Positions 45,470 through 54,910 of a stretch of DNA of 57,398 nucleotides are shown here, one piece after another. Each line of letters starts with the position of its first letter. Position 1 is the first letter of the stretch. A program made the translations under genes and the position numbers. Below the pieces are notes generated by a model. The model saw only the letters and a list, made by a program, of their open reading frames with translations. It had not been told where the DNA came from and made no database searches. The DNA is from a bacterium (GTDB lineage: Bacteria; SZUA-182; DTGQ01): the NCBI GenBank assembly GCA_040752695.1, contig JBFMGO010000026.1, forward strand, positions 1 through 57,398. The letters run 5' to 3'.

Positions 45470-46426
45470 ATGCTTGCCCAAAAATATTTAACGGTCAAGG
45501 AGTTGCTGGACGAGCAAGCAGAGCGGCTGCAACTGAAAGTGTTGAGCGGGGAGGATGGCACGAATCGCAAGGTTTCCTCTCCTCGCATTCAGAAACCGGG
45601 ACTGGCTCTGGCTGGATATTTTGCTCAGATACGGGGAGAACGGGTGCAGGTATTAGGGAGTACCGAGCTCTCTTATGTGGAGAGCCTTGCCAGTGAGCGC
45701 CGTCGAGAGGTCCTTCGGGCTATCTGCCAGATGCCTATTCCCTGCTTTATTCTCACCAAGAGCTTACTTCCGCCACCTGAATTGACTTCTATAGCCAACG
45801 ATTATGTAATTCCTATCCTGCAATCCAACCTCCAGAGTTCGATCTTTATACGGCAGATCTCCACCTACATGGAAGAGAAACTGGCTCGTGAAACGAGCAT
45901 CCATGGTGTTTTGATGGATATTTACGGCCGTGGAGTCCTTTTGCTCGGCAAGAGCAGTATCGGAAAGAGCGAATGTGCACTGGATCTTATCGTCCGGGGA
46001 CATCGGCTGATCTCGGATGACATGGTCAATATTAAACTATTGCCTCCTGACGTATTGATTGGCAGTGGCCCGGAGTTGATTCGCTATCACATGGAATTGA
46101 GGGGATTGGGAATCATCAATATCAAAGATCTTTTTGGGGTGGCTGCCGTGCGTTATCGGAAAAAGATTGGGCTCGCCGTGGTGATGGAGGAATGGAAAAA
46201 AGAATACGAATATGACCGGTTGGGGCTGGAAGAGAGTACTATCAATATCTTAGGGGTTGATGTCCCCCTGATTAAAATGCCTGTGGCTCCAGGGCGAAAT
46301 ATGGCCATTATTATTGAAGTGGCGGCTCGAAATCTGCTCTTAAAAGAAAGCGGTTACTACTCAGCTCGTGACTTCGATCAAAAAGTGGTGGATGTGTTGG
46401 GAAGGAAACCCAAGGCAAACCATTAA
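45470..46426 (+). CDS. hprK: HPr kinase/phosphorylase
   Basis: QKPGLALAG, GKSSIGKSE, LISDD, MELRGLGII, PGRN. Confidence 0.95.
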   Translation: MLAQKYLTVKELLDEQAERLQLKVLSGEDGTNRKVSSPRIQKPGLALAGYFAQIRGERVQVLGSTELSYVESLASERRREVLRAICQMPIPCFILTKSLLPPPELTSIANDYVIPILQSNLQSSIFIRQISTYMEEKLARETSIHGVLMDIYGRGVLLLGKSSIGKSECALDLIVRGHRLISDDMVNIKLLPPDVLIGSGPELIRYHMELRGLGIINIKDLFGVAAVRYRKKIGLAVVMEEWKKEYEYDRLGLEESTINILGVDVPLIKMPVAPGRNMAIIIEVAARNLLLKESGYYSARDFDQKVVDVLGRKPKANH

Positions 46427-46451
46427 ATTGGTTTAAAACAGTGAGGACAAA

Positions 46452-46886
46452 ATGGGGAACAACATGGTCGGAGTGGTTATCGTCGCTCATGGAAACCTTG
46501 CGGAAGAACTGCTGAAGAGTTCGGAACTCATTGTCGGCCCGCTGCAAAAAGTGAGGGCCGTCTCGGTAAACAACCAGACCGGAGTAGATCAGGCGATGCA
46601 TGATCTTCAGATTGCCATCGAAGAGGTGGATTCTGGTTCGGGGGTCTTGATTTTAACGGATATGTTCGGAGGAAGCCCCTCCAATTTGAGCTTGTCCTTT
46701 TTGTCCAAGAAGCACATAGAGATCGTTACGGGAGTGAACCTTCCGATGCTTCTCAAGCTTGCTTCCTACCGTGAAGGGCACTGTTTGGAAGAAATAAAAG
46801 AGACGGTATACCTTTATGGTCGTGAAAAGATTATTATAGCCAGCGATCTTTTGAACAAGAGATTAGAGGAGAAAAAATCCAAATAG
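46452..46886 (+). CDS. PTS mannose-family EIIA
   Basis: IVAHG (phospho-His), LTDMFGGSPSN, GVNLPML. Confidence 0.92.
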   Translation: MGNNMVGVVIVAHGNLAEELLKSSELIVGPLQKVRAVSVNNQTGVDQAMHDLQIAIEEVDSGSGVLILTDMFGGSPSNLSLSFLSKKHIEIVTGVNLPMLLKLASYREGHCLEEIKETVYLYGREKIIIASDLLNKRLEEKKSK

Positions 46887-46967
46887 TAAGATTCTTGTAG
46901 TCCTCATGAAAGTGAACTGACTTTTTCCTTCTTTTAAGTCCATTTCGGACAAAGTGCAGATATATTT

Positions 46968-47462
46968 ATGCCGATAGTGTTAGTACGGATTGATGAAAGA
47001 TTAATTCATGGCCAGGTGATCGTCGGCTGGGTGAAACATCTCAAGGCTGCAGCAATTATTGTGGCCGATGATGAAATTGAAAAAAACGAGCTTCGCCTGG
47101 AAGCCATGAAGATGGCTGCGCCCTCCACTCTCAGGGTGGAGGCCTACAGTATTGCCTTGGCCGTGGAGAAATACCTTCAGCACGATTTTCCCGATACAAA
47201 GGTCATCCTGCTTTTCTCCAGGCTGAAGGATTTCAAAAAGTCCCTGGACCTTGGCTTTTCCATACCGGAGGTGAATTTAGGCTGCATCCACTCCGGGGAA
47301 ATACAGATTTTAAGCAATATCGTTATCAGGGAAGAGGACGTTTTCTACCTGGAAGAGATTCAGAAAAGGGGGATTCATTTGGATCTGCGGGCTCTTCCTC
47401 AGGATAAACAGGTTGATTTACAGGATATCCCCACTTACCGGAAATTGACTGGACAAAGATAA
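46968..47462 (+). CDS. PTS mannose-family EIIB
   Basis: RIDERLIHGQV, VNLG. Confidence 0.92.
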   Translation: MPIVLVRIDERLIHGQVIVGWVKHLKAAAIIVADDEIEKNELRLEAMKMAAPSTLRVEAYSIALAVEKYLQHDFPDTKVILLFSRLKDFKKSLDLGFSIPEVNLGCIHSGEIQILSNIVIREEDVFYLEEIQKRGIHLDLRALPQDKQVDLQDIPTYRKLTGQR

Positions 47463-47514
47463 AATAAAGCCTTGTCAGAGTGCAGCACTTCATAACCTGG
47501 ATGGAGACCGAATT

Positions 47515-49698
47515 TTGAAAAAGCAATATCTTATTTTGGGAATTCACAACCATCAGCCGATAGGGAACTTTGACTTTGTTTTCGAAGGATGTTACCAGAA
47601 AGCGTATGCGCCCTTTTGGGAGGTATTGGAAAAGCATCCCGGCATCAAGATAAGCATTCACTATTCGGGAACGCTTTGGAATTGGTTTTTTGAAAAATCC
47701 TCTCCTCTCCTGGATATCCTGACCAGAATGCTGCACCGAGGGCAGGTGGAACTTTTGGGTGGTGGCTATTATGAGCCTATTTTACCGATTCTGCCGGATG
47801 CAGATAAGGTAGGGCAGATCAAGAAATTAAGCGGTTTTTTGAAAGACCGCTTCAATACGGACCCCAGAGGCATGTGGCTGGCCGAAAGGGTATGGGAGCC
47901 TCATCTGGTGAGATTTATCCACGAGGCAGGCATCGAGTATCTGGCTGTAGATGATCTGCACTTTCGCTGTGCAGGGCTGCGTGATGAGGGTCTTTGGGGA
48001 TATTATCTCACTGAAGAGCAGGGAAAACTGCTGAAAGTTTTTCCTGGAAGCAAGTATCTGCGATATACCATCCCTTTCAAACCACCGCAGGTAACGATCG
48101 ACTACCTTTTGAGCGCAGGCAAGGGGAAGGGAAACCTGAGAGTAATGGCGGATGATGGCGAAAAATTCGGTGTCTGGCCTGGTACTTATGATCTGGTGTA
48201 CAACCAGGGATGGCTGGACCAGTTTTTTACCCTGATCGAGGAAAACCACGATATCCTCGAAACAGTCACCTTCAGTGAGTATATCGACAGATTTCCTCCT
48301 CTGGGGAGAGTCTATTTACCCACTGCCACCTATTCGGAAATGGAAGAATGGGCACTCCCGACCCAGACTGCCGAGGAATTCATTGCTCTGGAGAAAATGA
48401 TCAATAATACTGAAGAAATTTCACAGGCAGCCAGACTTTTCGTCAAGGGAGGGTTTTGGCGTAATTTCTTGAGCAAATATTCAGAAAGCAATAACCTTTA
48501 CCGCAAAATGCTCTGGGTCAGCAGGCAGATCGACGATTGCCGGAGCAAAGTAACCGATCTCCAATCACCTCAAGGATGGCTGGATGAAGCTAAGGACGAA
48601 CTGTGGAAAGGACAGTGCAATGATGCCTACTGGCACGGCCTTTTCGGCGGACTGTATCTTCCCCATTTGCGGGATGGGGTATACAATCACCTCATCCAGG
48701 CCGAAAACATTATAGACCGGAATCTCCATCCGGCGGGGAACTGGATCGACTCTCAATCTGTAGATATGGATAGCGATGGTATGGAAGAGCTCCTGGTCAA
48801 AACGCCCACCTTAAGCTTCTGGCTGGACGTGGATATGGGAGGGGCAATTACTGAACTGGATTATCGGCCAAAAGCCTTTAACCTGATCAATTCCCTGATG
48901 CGCAGGAAGGAAACCTATCACCAGAAGCTGCTGCAGGGAGCACTGATGGGCACGAGCGATCAGGAAGAGGGGTATGGGGATGGAGTAAAAAGCATCCATG
49001 AGATTACTGTCAGCAAAGACACTGGCCTGACTGAGCTGCTTTATTACGACCATTATGCTCGAAACTGCCTGCTCGATCATTTCCTCGCGCCAGATACGGC
49101 CCTTTTGGAATTCAGCCGGTTGCAGCACCAGGAGTATGGAGATTTCATCACGGGCAACTACCAGCAGAAGGTCCAGTCATCCGGTGAGCACTTAAAGGCC
49201 ATTCTCTCCCGGGACGGCTCCCTGTCGATACAAGGAGAGCACATTCCGTTTCGCGTGAGGAAATTGGTACAGGCTTCGGCAGATAAATCGGAACTGGCTT
49301 TTGAATACCAACTGGTGAATATGGGGGCATCGAGCGTTCACTGTAAATTCGGAGTCGAGTTTAATATCAATCTCCTGGCTGGTCGAAGCGATGACAGGTA
49401 TTATCGCGTTCCCGGCGTTGTTCTCGATGACCAGCAACTGGCCAGCAGCGGTATCCTGACTCATGTAGAGCAAATTCAGTTAGTGGATGAGGCACTCGGT
49501 ATCATCGTATCTTTGGATTTTACTGAGCGCCCCACCATCTGGAGATTTCCTATCGAAACCGCATCCAATTCCGAATGCGGGTTCGAGAGGGTCTACCAGA
49601 GTTCGGTTATTCTGCCCCACTGGGATCTTTCGTTAATCCCCCAGGAGACATGGGTCTGCCATTTCCGGCTGCGGATTGCCAATTACAATCATAGCTAA
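47515..49698 (+). CDS. GH57 alpha-amylase / 4-alpha-glucanotransferase
   Basis: HNHQP, GMWLAERVW (nucleophile Glu), DDGEKFG (acid/base Asp), QCNDAYWHG, C-terminal beta domain; TTG start. Confidence 0.92.
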   Translation: MKKQYLILGIHNHQPIGNFDFVFEGCYQKAYAPFWEVLEKHPGIKISIHYSGTLWNWFFEKSSPLLDILTRMLHRGQVELLGGGYYEPILPILPDADKVGQIKKLSGFLKDRFNTDPRGMWLAERVWEPHLVRFIHEAGIEYLAVDDLHFRCAGLRDEGLWGYYLTEEQGKLLKVFPGSKYLRYTIPFKPPQVTIDYLLSAGKGKGNLRVMADDGEKFGVWPGTYDLVYNQGWLDQFFTLIEENHDILETVTFSEYIDRFPPLGRVYLPTATYSEMEEWALPTQTAEEFIALEKMINNTEEISQAARLFVKGGFWRNFLSKYSESNNLYRKMLWVSRQIDDCRSKVTDLQSPQGWLDEAKDELWKGQCNDAYWHGLFGGLYLPHLRDGVYNHLIQAENIIDRNLHPAGNWIDSQSVDMDSDGMEELLVKTPTLSFWLDVDMGGAITELDYRPKAFNLINSLMRRKETYHQKLLQGALMGTSDQEEGYGDGVKSIHEITVSKDTGLTELLYYDHYARNCLLDHFLAPDTALLEFSRLQHQEYGDFITGNYQQKVQSSGEHLKAILSRDGSLSIQGEHIPFRVRKLVQASADKSELAFEYQLVNMGASSVHCKFGVEFNINLLAGRSDDRYYRVPGVVLDDQQLASSGILTHVEQIQLVDEALGIIVSLDFTERPTIWRFPIETASNSECGFERVYQSSVILPHWDLSLIPQETWVCHFRLRIANYNHS

Positions 49699-49699
49699 A

Positions 49700-49846
49700 G
49701 TACACACCGCATTATCTGTGCGGACGGCTATCGCCCTCCCTCTCTTGATGAGGGTTTTTATCCCCCCTTTTGAAAAGGGGGTGAGGGGGATTTTCGACAA
49801 ATGCCCCCCATTCAATAACTGGCCGGGGAATCCCCGCGCCGTGTAC
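49700..49846. mobile_element. MITE-like element, copy 2 (~147 bp), inverted relative to copy 1
   Basis: Ends GTACACACCGC...GCGCCGTGTAC; shares TTTGTCGAAAAT-CCCTCACCCCCTTT..AAAGGGGGGATAAAAACCCT with copy 1. Confidence 0.7.
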
Positions 49847-49947
49847 TGAGAGTCCTCACTACCCTGGGATCGGGATACACCACTTTTTACTATTTTGAGC
49901 CTTCGATCTCATCGAGAAAGGGAAAAGCCAGGGGGGAAGGGGTTAAG

Positions 49948-50724
49948 GTGCTTCAGCAGATCGTGAAAATCAGCCTTATCGGCGGATTGATAAATTTAGA
50001 TGATGTGCCTTTGATCCAGACCATGGTTTCGCAGCCGATCGTAGCCGCTCCTCTGATCGGCTGGATCTTTGGAGATGTGATAACCGGACTGGTGATCGGC
50101 GCATTCCTCGAACTTTTGGTGGTCTACCTTTTGCCTATCGGATGTGCGATTCCTCTGGATGGCTCTTTAGCTGCGATTATCGCTACGGGGATCTGCATCC
50201 TGGTTGGAGAATCTTCTTTTCCCGGTCATCGGGAAGCTCTGATCAGCCTGGCCATTGCACTTAGTCTGCCCTTCTCGGCTCTCGCCCAAAAGGGAAGTGT
50301 CGTGGTGCGAAAGTTAAACGGCAGGATTTCCGACCACGCTCAAAGAGCCGTCCTGGATGAAAGGTTACGGAAAATCGGGTTCTTTCATTTCAGTGGCGTC
50401 GGGCTGTTTTACCTGCGCTCATTCAGCCTGTGCCTGATCAGTCTTTTTATCGCGGTCCCCCTTCTCAAAAGCAGCGCTCCTTTCCTTCCTCAAGGGCTTT
50501 TTCAGGGGTTAAAGCTTTTGTACTTTGCCTATCCGATGATAGGAATTGCCTTTATCTTTGATGCCTTTCGCAATAGAGCCTTATACGGCCTCTTTGCCTT
50601 AAGCTTTTTATTGGCCACTCTTTTCTCCACTCTTTTTCCCCTTCCTGCATGGGCGGCGTTCGGTATACCATGCATCCTTTTGGGGACGCTTTATGGAATG
50701 ACAGAAGCCCTTAAGGGGAAGTAG
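49948..50724 (+). CDS. PTS mannose-family EIIC
   Basis: MVSQPIVAAPLIG...GLVIGAFLEL...PIGCAIP; hydrophobic. Confidence 0.85.
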   Translation: MLQQIVKISLIGGLINLDDVPLIQTMVSQPIVAAPLIGWIFGDVITGLVIGAFLELLVVYLLPIGCAIPLDGSLAAIIATGICILVGESSFPGHREALISLAIALSLPFSALAQKGSVVVRKLNGRISDHAQRAVLDERLRKIGFFHFSGVGLFYLRSFSLCLISLFIAVPLLKSSAPFLPQGLFQGLKLLYFAYPMIGIAFIFDAFRNRALYGLFALSFLLATLFSTLFPLPAWAAFGIPCILLGTLYGMTEALKGK

Positions 50725-50729
50725 AGAAA

Positions 50730-51521
50730 GTGAATATGGAAACAGGGAGACAGAACGCTATCTGTTTGAGGAAGTCCGATTTTCTCCGCATTATTCTTCG
50801 TTCCTTTATCTTCCAGGGAAGCTGGAACTTCAAGAAGATGCAAAACCTCGGCTTTGCCTTTTCCGCTCTGCCCGCACTCCGCAGGCTTTATCCGGATCGG
50901 AAGGAGCGGGATATGGCAGCGCACCGGCACCTTGAGTTCTATAATTCTCACCCCTACATGGCCTCTTTTGTGCTGGGTGCCATTGTAAGAATGGAGGAAA
51001 GGCGTGCGCAGGGAGAAAATATCCGTGTAGAGGATATCCTGTTATTTAAAAAGGCCATGATGGGTCCGATGGGAGCCTTGGGCGACTCGTTTTTCTGGGC
51101 GTCCTGGCGGCCGGTTATGGGAGTTTTAGCTGCTGCTCTCGCTTTAGCCGGTTGGGTATGTGCGCCGGTTGTTTTTCTTTTAGTCTATAATGTTCCTCAC
51201 CTCTATGTAAGATTTTGTGGCTTCCGGCAGGGCTACCTGCTCGAGAGAAGGGTTGTTGAGCGTATTCGCAAATATGATCTGTTTAGATATAGTGCTTATC
51301 TGAAATCTTTCATGTTAATTATTCTTGGAGCGATGATCCCAGTTGTGATAAAATTAGGTGAAGGTATGCAACCACGAAGTCTTAAGATCCTGAGCAAGCT
51401 GGGAGTTCTGCTTGGAATCCTGGTAATTGCAGAGGTTTTCCGTCAGAAGGTTTCTTTAAACAAAGTGCTGCTTATCGTTGGGAGCATTTGTATATTATTA
51501 GGACTCTTAAAGATCGTTTAA
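50730..51521 (+). CDS. PTS mannose-family EIID
   Basis: QGSWNFKKMQNLGF, HLEFYNSHP, MGPMGALGDSFFW. Confidence 0.9.
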   Translation: MNMETGRQNAICLRKSDFLRIILRSFIFQGSWNFKKMQNLGFAFSALPALRRLYPDRKERDMAAHRHLEFYNSHPYMASFVLGAIVRMEERRAQGENIRVEDILLFKKAMMGPMGALGDSFFWASWRPVMGVLAAALALAGWVCAPVVFLLVYNVPHLYVRFCGFRQGYLLERRVVERIRKYDLFRYSAYLKSFMLIILGAMIPVVIKLGEGMQPRSLKILSKLGVLLGILVIAEVFRQKVSLNKVLLIVGSICILLGLLKIV

Positions 51522-51587
51522 TAATGAGGATATATTCTCTATCTTTCTTTGACTCTCATATTGTCAATCAAGCGGCCGGGGGAAGAT

Positions 51588-51857
51588 ATGCCGAAGCAAA
51601 CGGTAGTAATTAAAAATAAATTAGGTCTACACGCGCGAGCTGCCAGCCAGATCGTCAGTATTGCCAATAAATATGCCTCGGAAGTAACAATTCAGAAAGG
51701 AAATGTTACGGCAAATGGAAAGAGCCTTCTCGGAATATTGACTCTGGACGCTCCCCTGGGGAGCGAATTGCTCGTAGAGGTGAATGGCTCCGATGCACAG
51801 GAACTTCTTAGTAAACTGGTGGAGTTGGTCGATAATAAATTTTGGGAAAAAACCTGA
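51588..51857 (+). CDS. ptsH: Phosphocarrier protein HPr
   Basis: GLHARAA (His15), NGKSLLGIL (Ser46); start at ATG 51588. Confidence 0.93.
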   Translation: MPKQTVVIKNKLGLHARAASQIVSIANKYASEVTIQKGNVTANGKSLLGILTLDAPLGSELLVEVNGSDAQELLSKLVELVDNKFWEKT

Positions 51858-52005
51858 TCTTGATTACATGCAACGGTTGCACGGCATTTCGAAGAAGCAA
51901 AAAGGAACCTTTGCTTTCGTAAAGGGCAAAAAGGAGCTTTTGCTTTCTCAGGAACGCATATTGACCTGATTGATAGCGAGGTCGAAGTATGGAGGTCGAT
52001 TTTTA

Positions 52006-53742
52006 ATGCTTAAAGGAGTGGGGGTTTCACCGGGCATCAGCATCGGGAAGGCCTTTTTACTGGATAGAAGAAAAATTAAAGTCGAGAAATTTACCATCGC
52101 GGCTGAGATGGTAGATAAAGAAGTCGCCCGGTTCATAGAAGCCCTGCAGAAATCCCGTGAGCAACTGCTGCAAGTGAAGGAAAAACTCACCCATGATCTT
52201 GGGGATCAGGGTCACGCCCACATCGTGGATGTGCATATTCTTATCCTTGAAGATGAAATGTTGATCAATGAGGCCATCAAGATAGTCAGGGAAGAAAGAG
52301 TCAATGCCGAATGGGCACTGCGGAAGGTATTAACTCGCTTTGCCAATATTTTTGACCAGATTGAAGACCCTTACATGAAAGAGCGCAAGAGCGATATCGA
52401 ACATGTCGGGCAGAGAATCCTGCACAATCTGGTAGGCGAGAAAATGAGGAGCCTCGATGGGTTTGACGAGGATGTCATCGTGATCGCCCATGATTTATCT
52501 CCTGCAGATACTGCCCAAATGCACAGGGGAAGAGTGATCGGCTTTGCCACGGACCTTGGAGCCAGGACTTCACATACAGCCATTATGGCCCGTTCCCTGG
52601 AAATCCCGGCAGTAGTGGGCCTTGAGAATATTTGCACCTTCGTTAAGACAGGGGATCCGGTCATCATTGATGGCACCGATGGGGTGGTCATCGTCAAACC
52701 GACGCCGGAGGAGTTCCGTGACTACCTGGAAAAACAGAGGAGATTTAAGTATGTCATCCAGGAGCTCTTAAAGTATACTGATCAGCCGGCAGAAACCCTT
52801 GATGGATATAAAATTGAAATTATGGCCAATATCGAATTCCTGGATGAAATCCCCCATGTGCTGAGCAGAGGTGCCGAAGGAATCGGCCTGTACCGAACCG
52901 AGTTCTTCTATATGAACAGTCCCAAACTGCCCACGGAAGAAGACCACTTTCGTGTCTACAAGCGACTGGCCGAGCAGGTAAGCCCCCATCAGGCAACCAT
53001 CCGTACCCTGGACCTGGGGGGAGATAAGATCGAATCCAAGCTGCACGTGGCGGATGAACCAAACCCTGTCCTGGGCTTGCGGGCCATTCGCTTCTCGCTG
53101 AAGCACTCTGACCTTTTCCGCCTTCAATTGAGGGCTATCCTGCGAGCCAGTGCCTATGGGAAATTACGCATCATGTATCCCATGATTTCCGGTATTGCAG
53201 AACTGCAGCAGGCAAATCTCATTCTGGCTGAAGTCAAGGATGAATTATCCTCACAAGGGATCTATTTCGATGAAGATATCCCTGTCGGCGTAATGATCGA
53301 AATACCGTCAGCATCAATCACTGCCGATCTTCTGGCCAAAGAGGCCGATTTTTTCAGCATCGGCACGAATGATCTCATTCAATATTCCATCGCCATAGAC
53401 CGGGGAAACGAACATGTGGCCTATCTGTATGAGCCGCTGCACCCTGCTGTCCTTCGGCTGATCAAGCAGACCGTAGAGGCCGCGCACAATGAGGGAATCC
53501 CCGTCGGCATGTGCGGAGAAATGGCAGGAGATCCTCTGTCAACCCTGATCCTGCTCGGACTGGAACTGGATGAGTTCAGCATGAATACCGCCTCGATCCC
53601 GATCATCAAGCAGATTATCCGCTCCGTTCGCCTGGAGCAGGCTACGGAACTGGCCTACAAGGCCATGTCCTTTGCTACCGCCAAAGAGATCGAGGAATTT
53701 GTATTGAAGGAAATGAGCACCAAATTCCCTGAGTTCTTCTAG
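52006..53742 (+). CDS. ptsI: PEP-protein phosphotransferase (PTS enzyme I)
   Basis: TSHTAIMAR, GIGLYRTEF, RTLDLGGDK, SIGTNDLIQY, GMCGEMAG. Confidence 0.96.
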   Translation: MLKGVGVSPGISIGKAFLLDRRKIKVEKFTIAAEMVDKEVARFIEALQKSREQLLQVKEKLTHDLGDQGHAHIVDVHILILEDEMLINEAIKIVREERVNAEWALRKVLTRFANIFDQIEDPYMKERKSDIEHVGQRILHNLVGEKMRSLDGFDEDVIVIAHDLSPADTAQMHRGRVIGFATDLGARTSHTAIMARSLEIPAVVGLENICTFVKTGDPVIIDGTDGVVIVKPTPEEFRDYLEKQRRFKYVIQELLKYTDQPAETLDGYKIEIMANIEFLDEIPHVLSRGAEGIGLYRTEFFYMNSPKLPTEEDHFRVYKRLAEQVSPHQATIRTLDLGGDKIESKLHVADEPNPVLGLRAIRFSLKHSDLFRLQLRAILRASAYGKLRIMYPMISGIAELQQANLILAEVKDELSSQGIYFDEDIPVGVMIEIPSASITADLLAKEADFFSIGTNDLIQYSIAIDRGNEHVAYLYEPLHPAVLRLIKQTVEAAHNEGIPVGMCGEMAGDPLSTLILLGLELDEFSMNTASIPIIKQIIRSVRLEQATELAYKAMSFATAKEIEEFVLKEMSTKFPEFF

Positions 53743-53805
53743 TTTTTCTGATTTTTATTGTTTTCAAGCCAAAATGGCTTTTTAGCCGTAACATATAAAC
53801 ATGTC

Positions 53806-53895
53806 ATGCATAAGCGAAGTGAACGAGAACAAATAACAGGTCATGAGCAAAGTGAATGAAAGCCAATTATGAGCCAAGTGAATGAAAAAATGAGG
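53806..53895 (+). repeat. Tandem degenerate copies of the pyrE start
   Basis: ATGAGCAAAGTGAATGAAAGCCAATT immediately before ATGAGCCAAGTGAATGAAA; older copy ATAAGCGAAGTGAACGAGA. Confidence 0.75.
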
Positions 53896-54468
53896 GAAAG
53901 ATTACTCAACCTGGTTTTTGAGCGTGCCTTTACCTATAATGAGGAAAAGCCTTTTATTTTGTCTTCAGGGAAGACAAGCACATATTATCTGGATTGCAGG
54001 AAAGTGACCCTGATTCCCGAAGGGATGGACTGTATTGGCCGCCTGATTTTCGAAAATATCCAGGATCTCAAAGTTCAGGGTATTGGCGGGCTGACTCTCG
54101 GCGCAGATCCAATCGCGTATGCTGTTATGTCCGCAGCTTACCAGAATCAGCCGAACCGGCAGTACATCAAAACCTTTATCGTGCGCAAAGAAAAAAAAGG
54201 ACATGGCTTACAACGGGAGATCGAAGGGGACCTGCGACCGGGAGACCGGGCCGTAGTGGTCGATGATGTGGTTACCACCGGCCAGTCAACTATTACCGCT
54301 ATTGAACGTGCCAAGGCTTTTGGGCTTTTGGTGGAAAAAGCCATCGTTTTAATTGATCGGCAGGAAGAAAACGGGCTGGCCCGCATCCGGGAAACCGGCG
54401 TTCCTGTGGAAGCCCTTTTGAGTAGAGAGGAAATCATAGCCCGATATCGAATAAGCCTGCAAAAATAG
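53869..54468 (+). CDS. pyrE: Orotate phosphoribosyltransferase
   Basis: LSSGKTSTYYLDCR, GGLTLGADP, RKEKKGHG, VVDDVVTTG. Confidence 0.95.
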   Translation: MSQVNEKMRERLLNLVFERAFTYNEEKPFILSSGKTSTYYLDCRKVTLIPEGMDCIGRLIFENIQDLKVQGIGGLTLGADPIAYAVMSAAYQNQPNRQYIKTFIVRKEKKGHGLQREIEGDLRPGDRAVVVDDVVTTGQSTITAIERAKAFGLLVEKAIVLIDRQEENGLARIRETGVPVEALLSREEIIARYRISLQK

Positions 54469-54566
54469 AGTGATTACTCAAGGGTCAATAGAAAGCAGCA
54501 TGGGGGCACTAGAGACCCAGTACCGCCGGGCGGTAGAGAGCAGCATAGGGTCAGTAGAGATTCAGG
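54466..54566 (+). repeat. Degenerate 21-24-bp repeats each starting TAGA, beginning at the pyrE stop
   Basis: TAGAAAGCAGCATGGGGGCAC vs TAGAGAGCAGCATAGGGTCAG, plus similar units. Confidence 0.6.
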
Positions 54567-54651
54567 AAAAATAAAGGGAGCAAATAAAAATAAAAGGAGC
54601 AAAAGAAAGCCTCGATATTATCGATAACGGCGGGGATGCTGCTTTTTTCTC

Positions 54652-54681
54652 TTGCCATGGACTCTTGTGCTTATGTATAAT
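54652..54681 (+). promoter_or_regulatory. Sigma70-type promoter for tRNA-Thr
   Basis: TTGCCA-18 bp-TATAAT. Confidence 0.55.
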
Positions 54682-54800
54682 ACGCTCGTCTCATATGGGG
54701 ATAAAGGATTCATATGGGGTGGTATCATGTGGGATCAATACCTTCATGTGGGCATTACCACCACCAATATGAATAGGCATTATTCATAAGATAAGCTCAT

Positions 54801-54872
54801 GCCGGCGTAGCTCAGGGGTAGAGCAGCTGATTCGTAATCAGCAGGCCGCGGGTTCAAATCCCATCGCCGGCT
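54801..54872 (+). tRNA. tRNA-Thr (CGT), CCA not encoded; integration site
   Basis: GCCGGCG-TA-GCTCAGGGGTAGAGC-A-GCTGA-TTCGTAA-TCAGC-AGGCC-GCGGG-TTCAAAT-CCCAT-CGCCGGC-T. Confidence 0.95.
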
Positions 54873-54910
54873 TTAATAAAATCAAGGGGTTACAGGGTAC
54901 ACTGTGACCC

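Noticed and set aside
45940..45975. Inactive HprK because the Walker A reads GKSSIGKS
   Set aside because: It still fits GxxxxGKS and the other motifs are intact
276..54437. Numerous long antisense or alternate-frame ORFs in the track (e.g., 11755-12792, 2267-3181, 8971-9840, 7058-7762)
   Set aside because: They shadow well-supported genes and have no motifs; expected from codon bias
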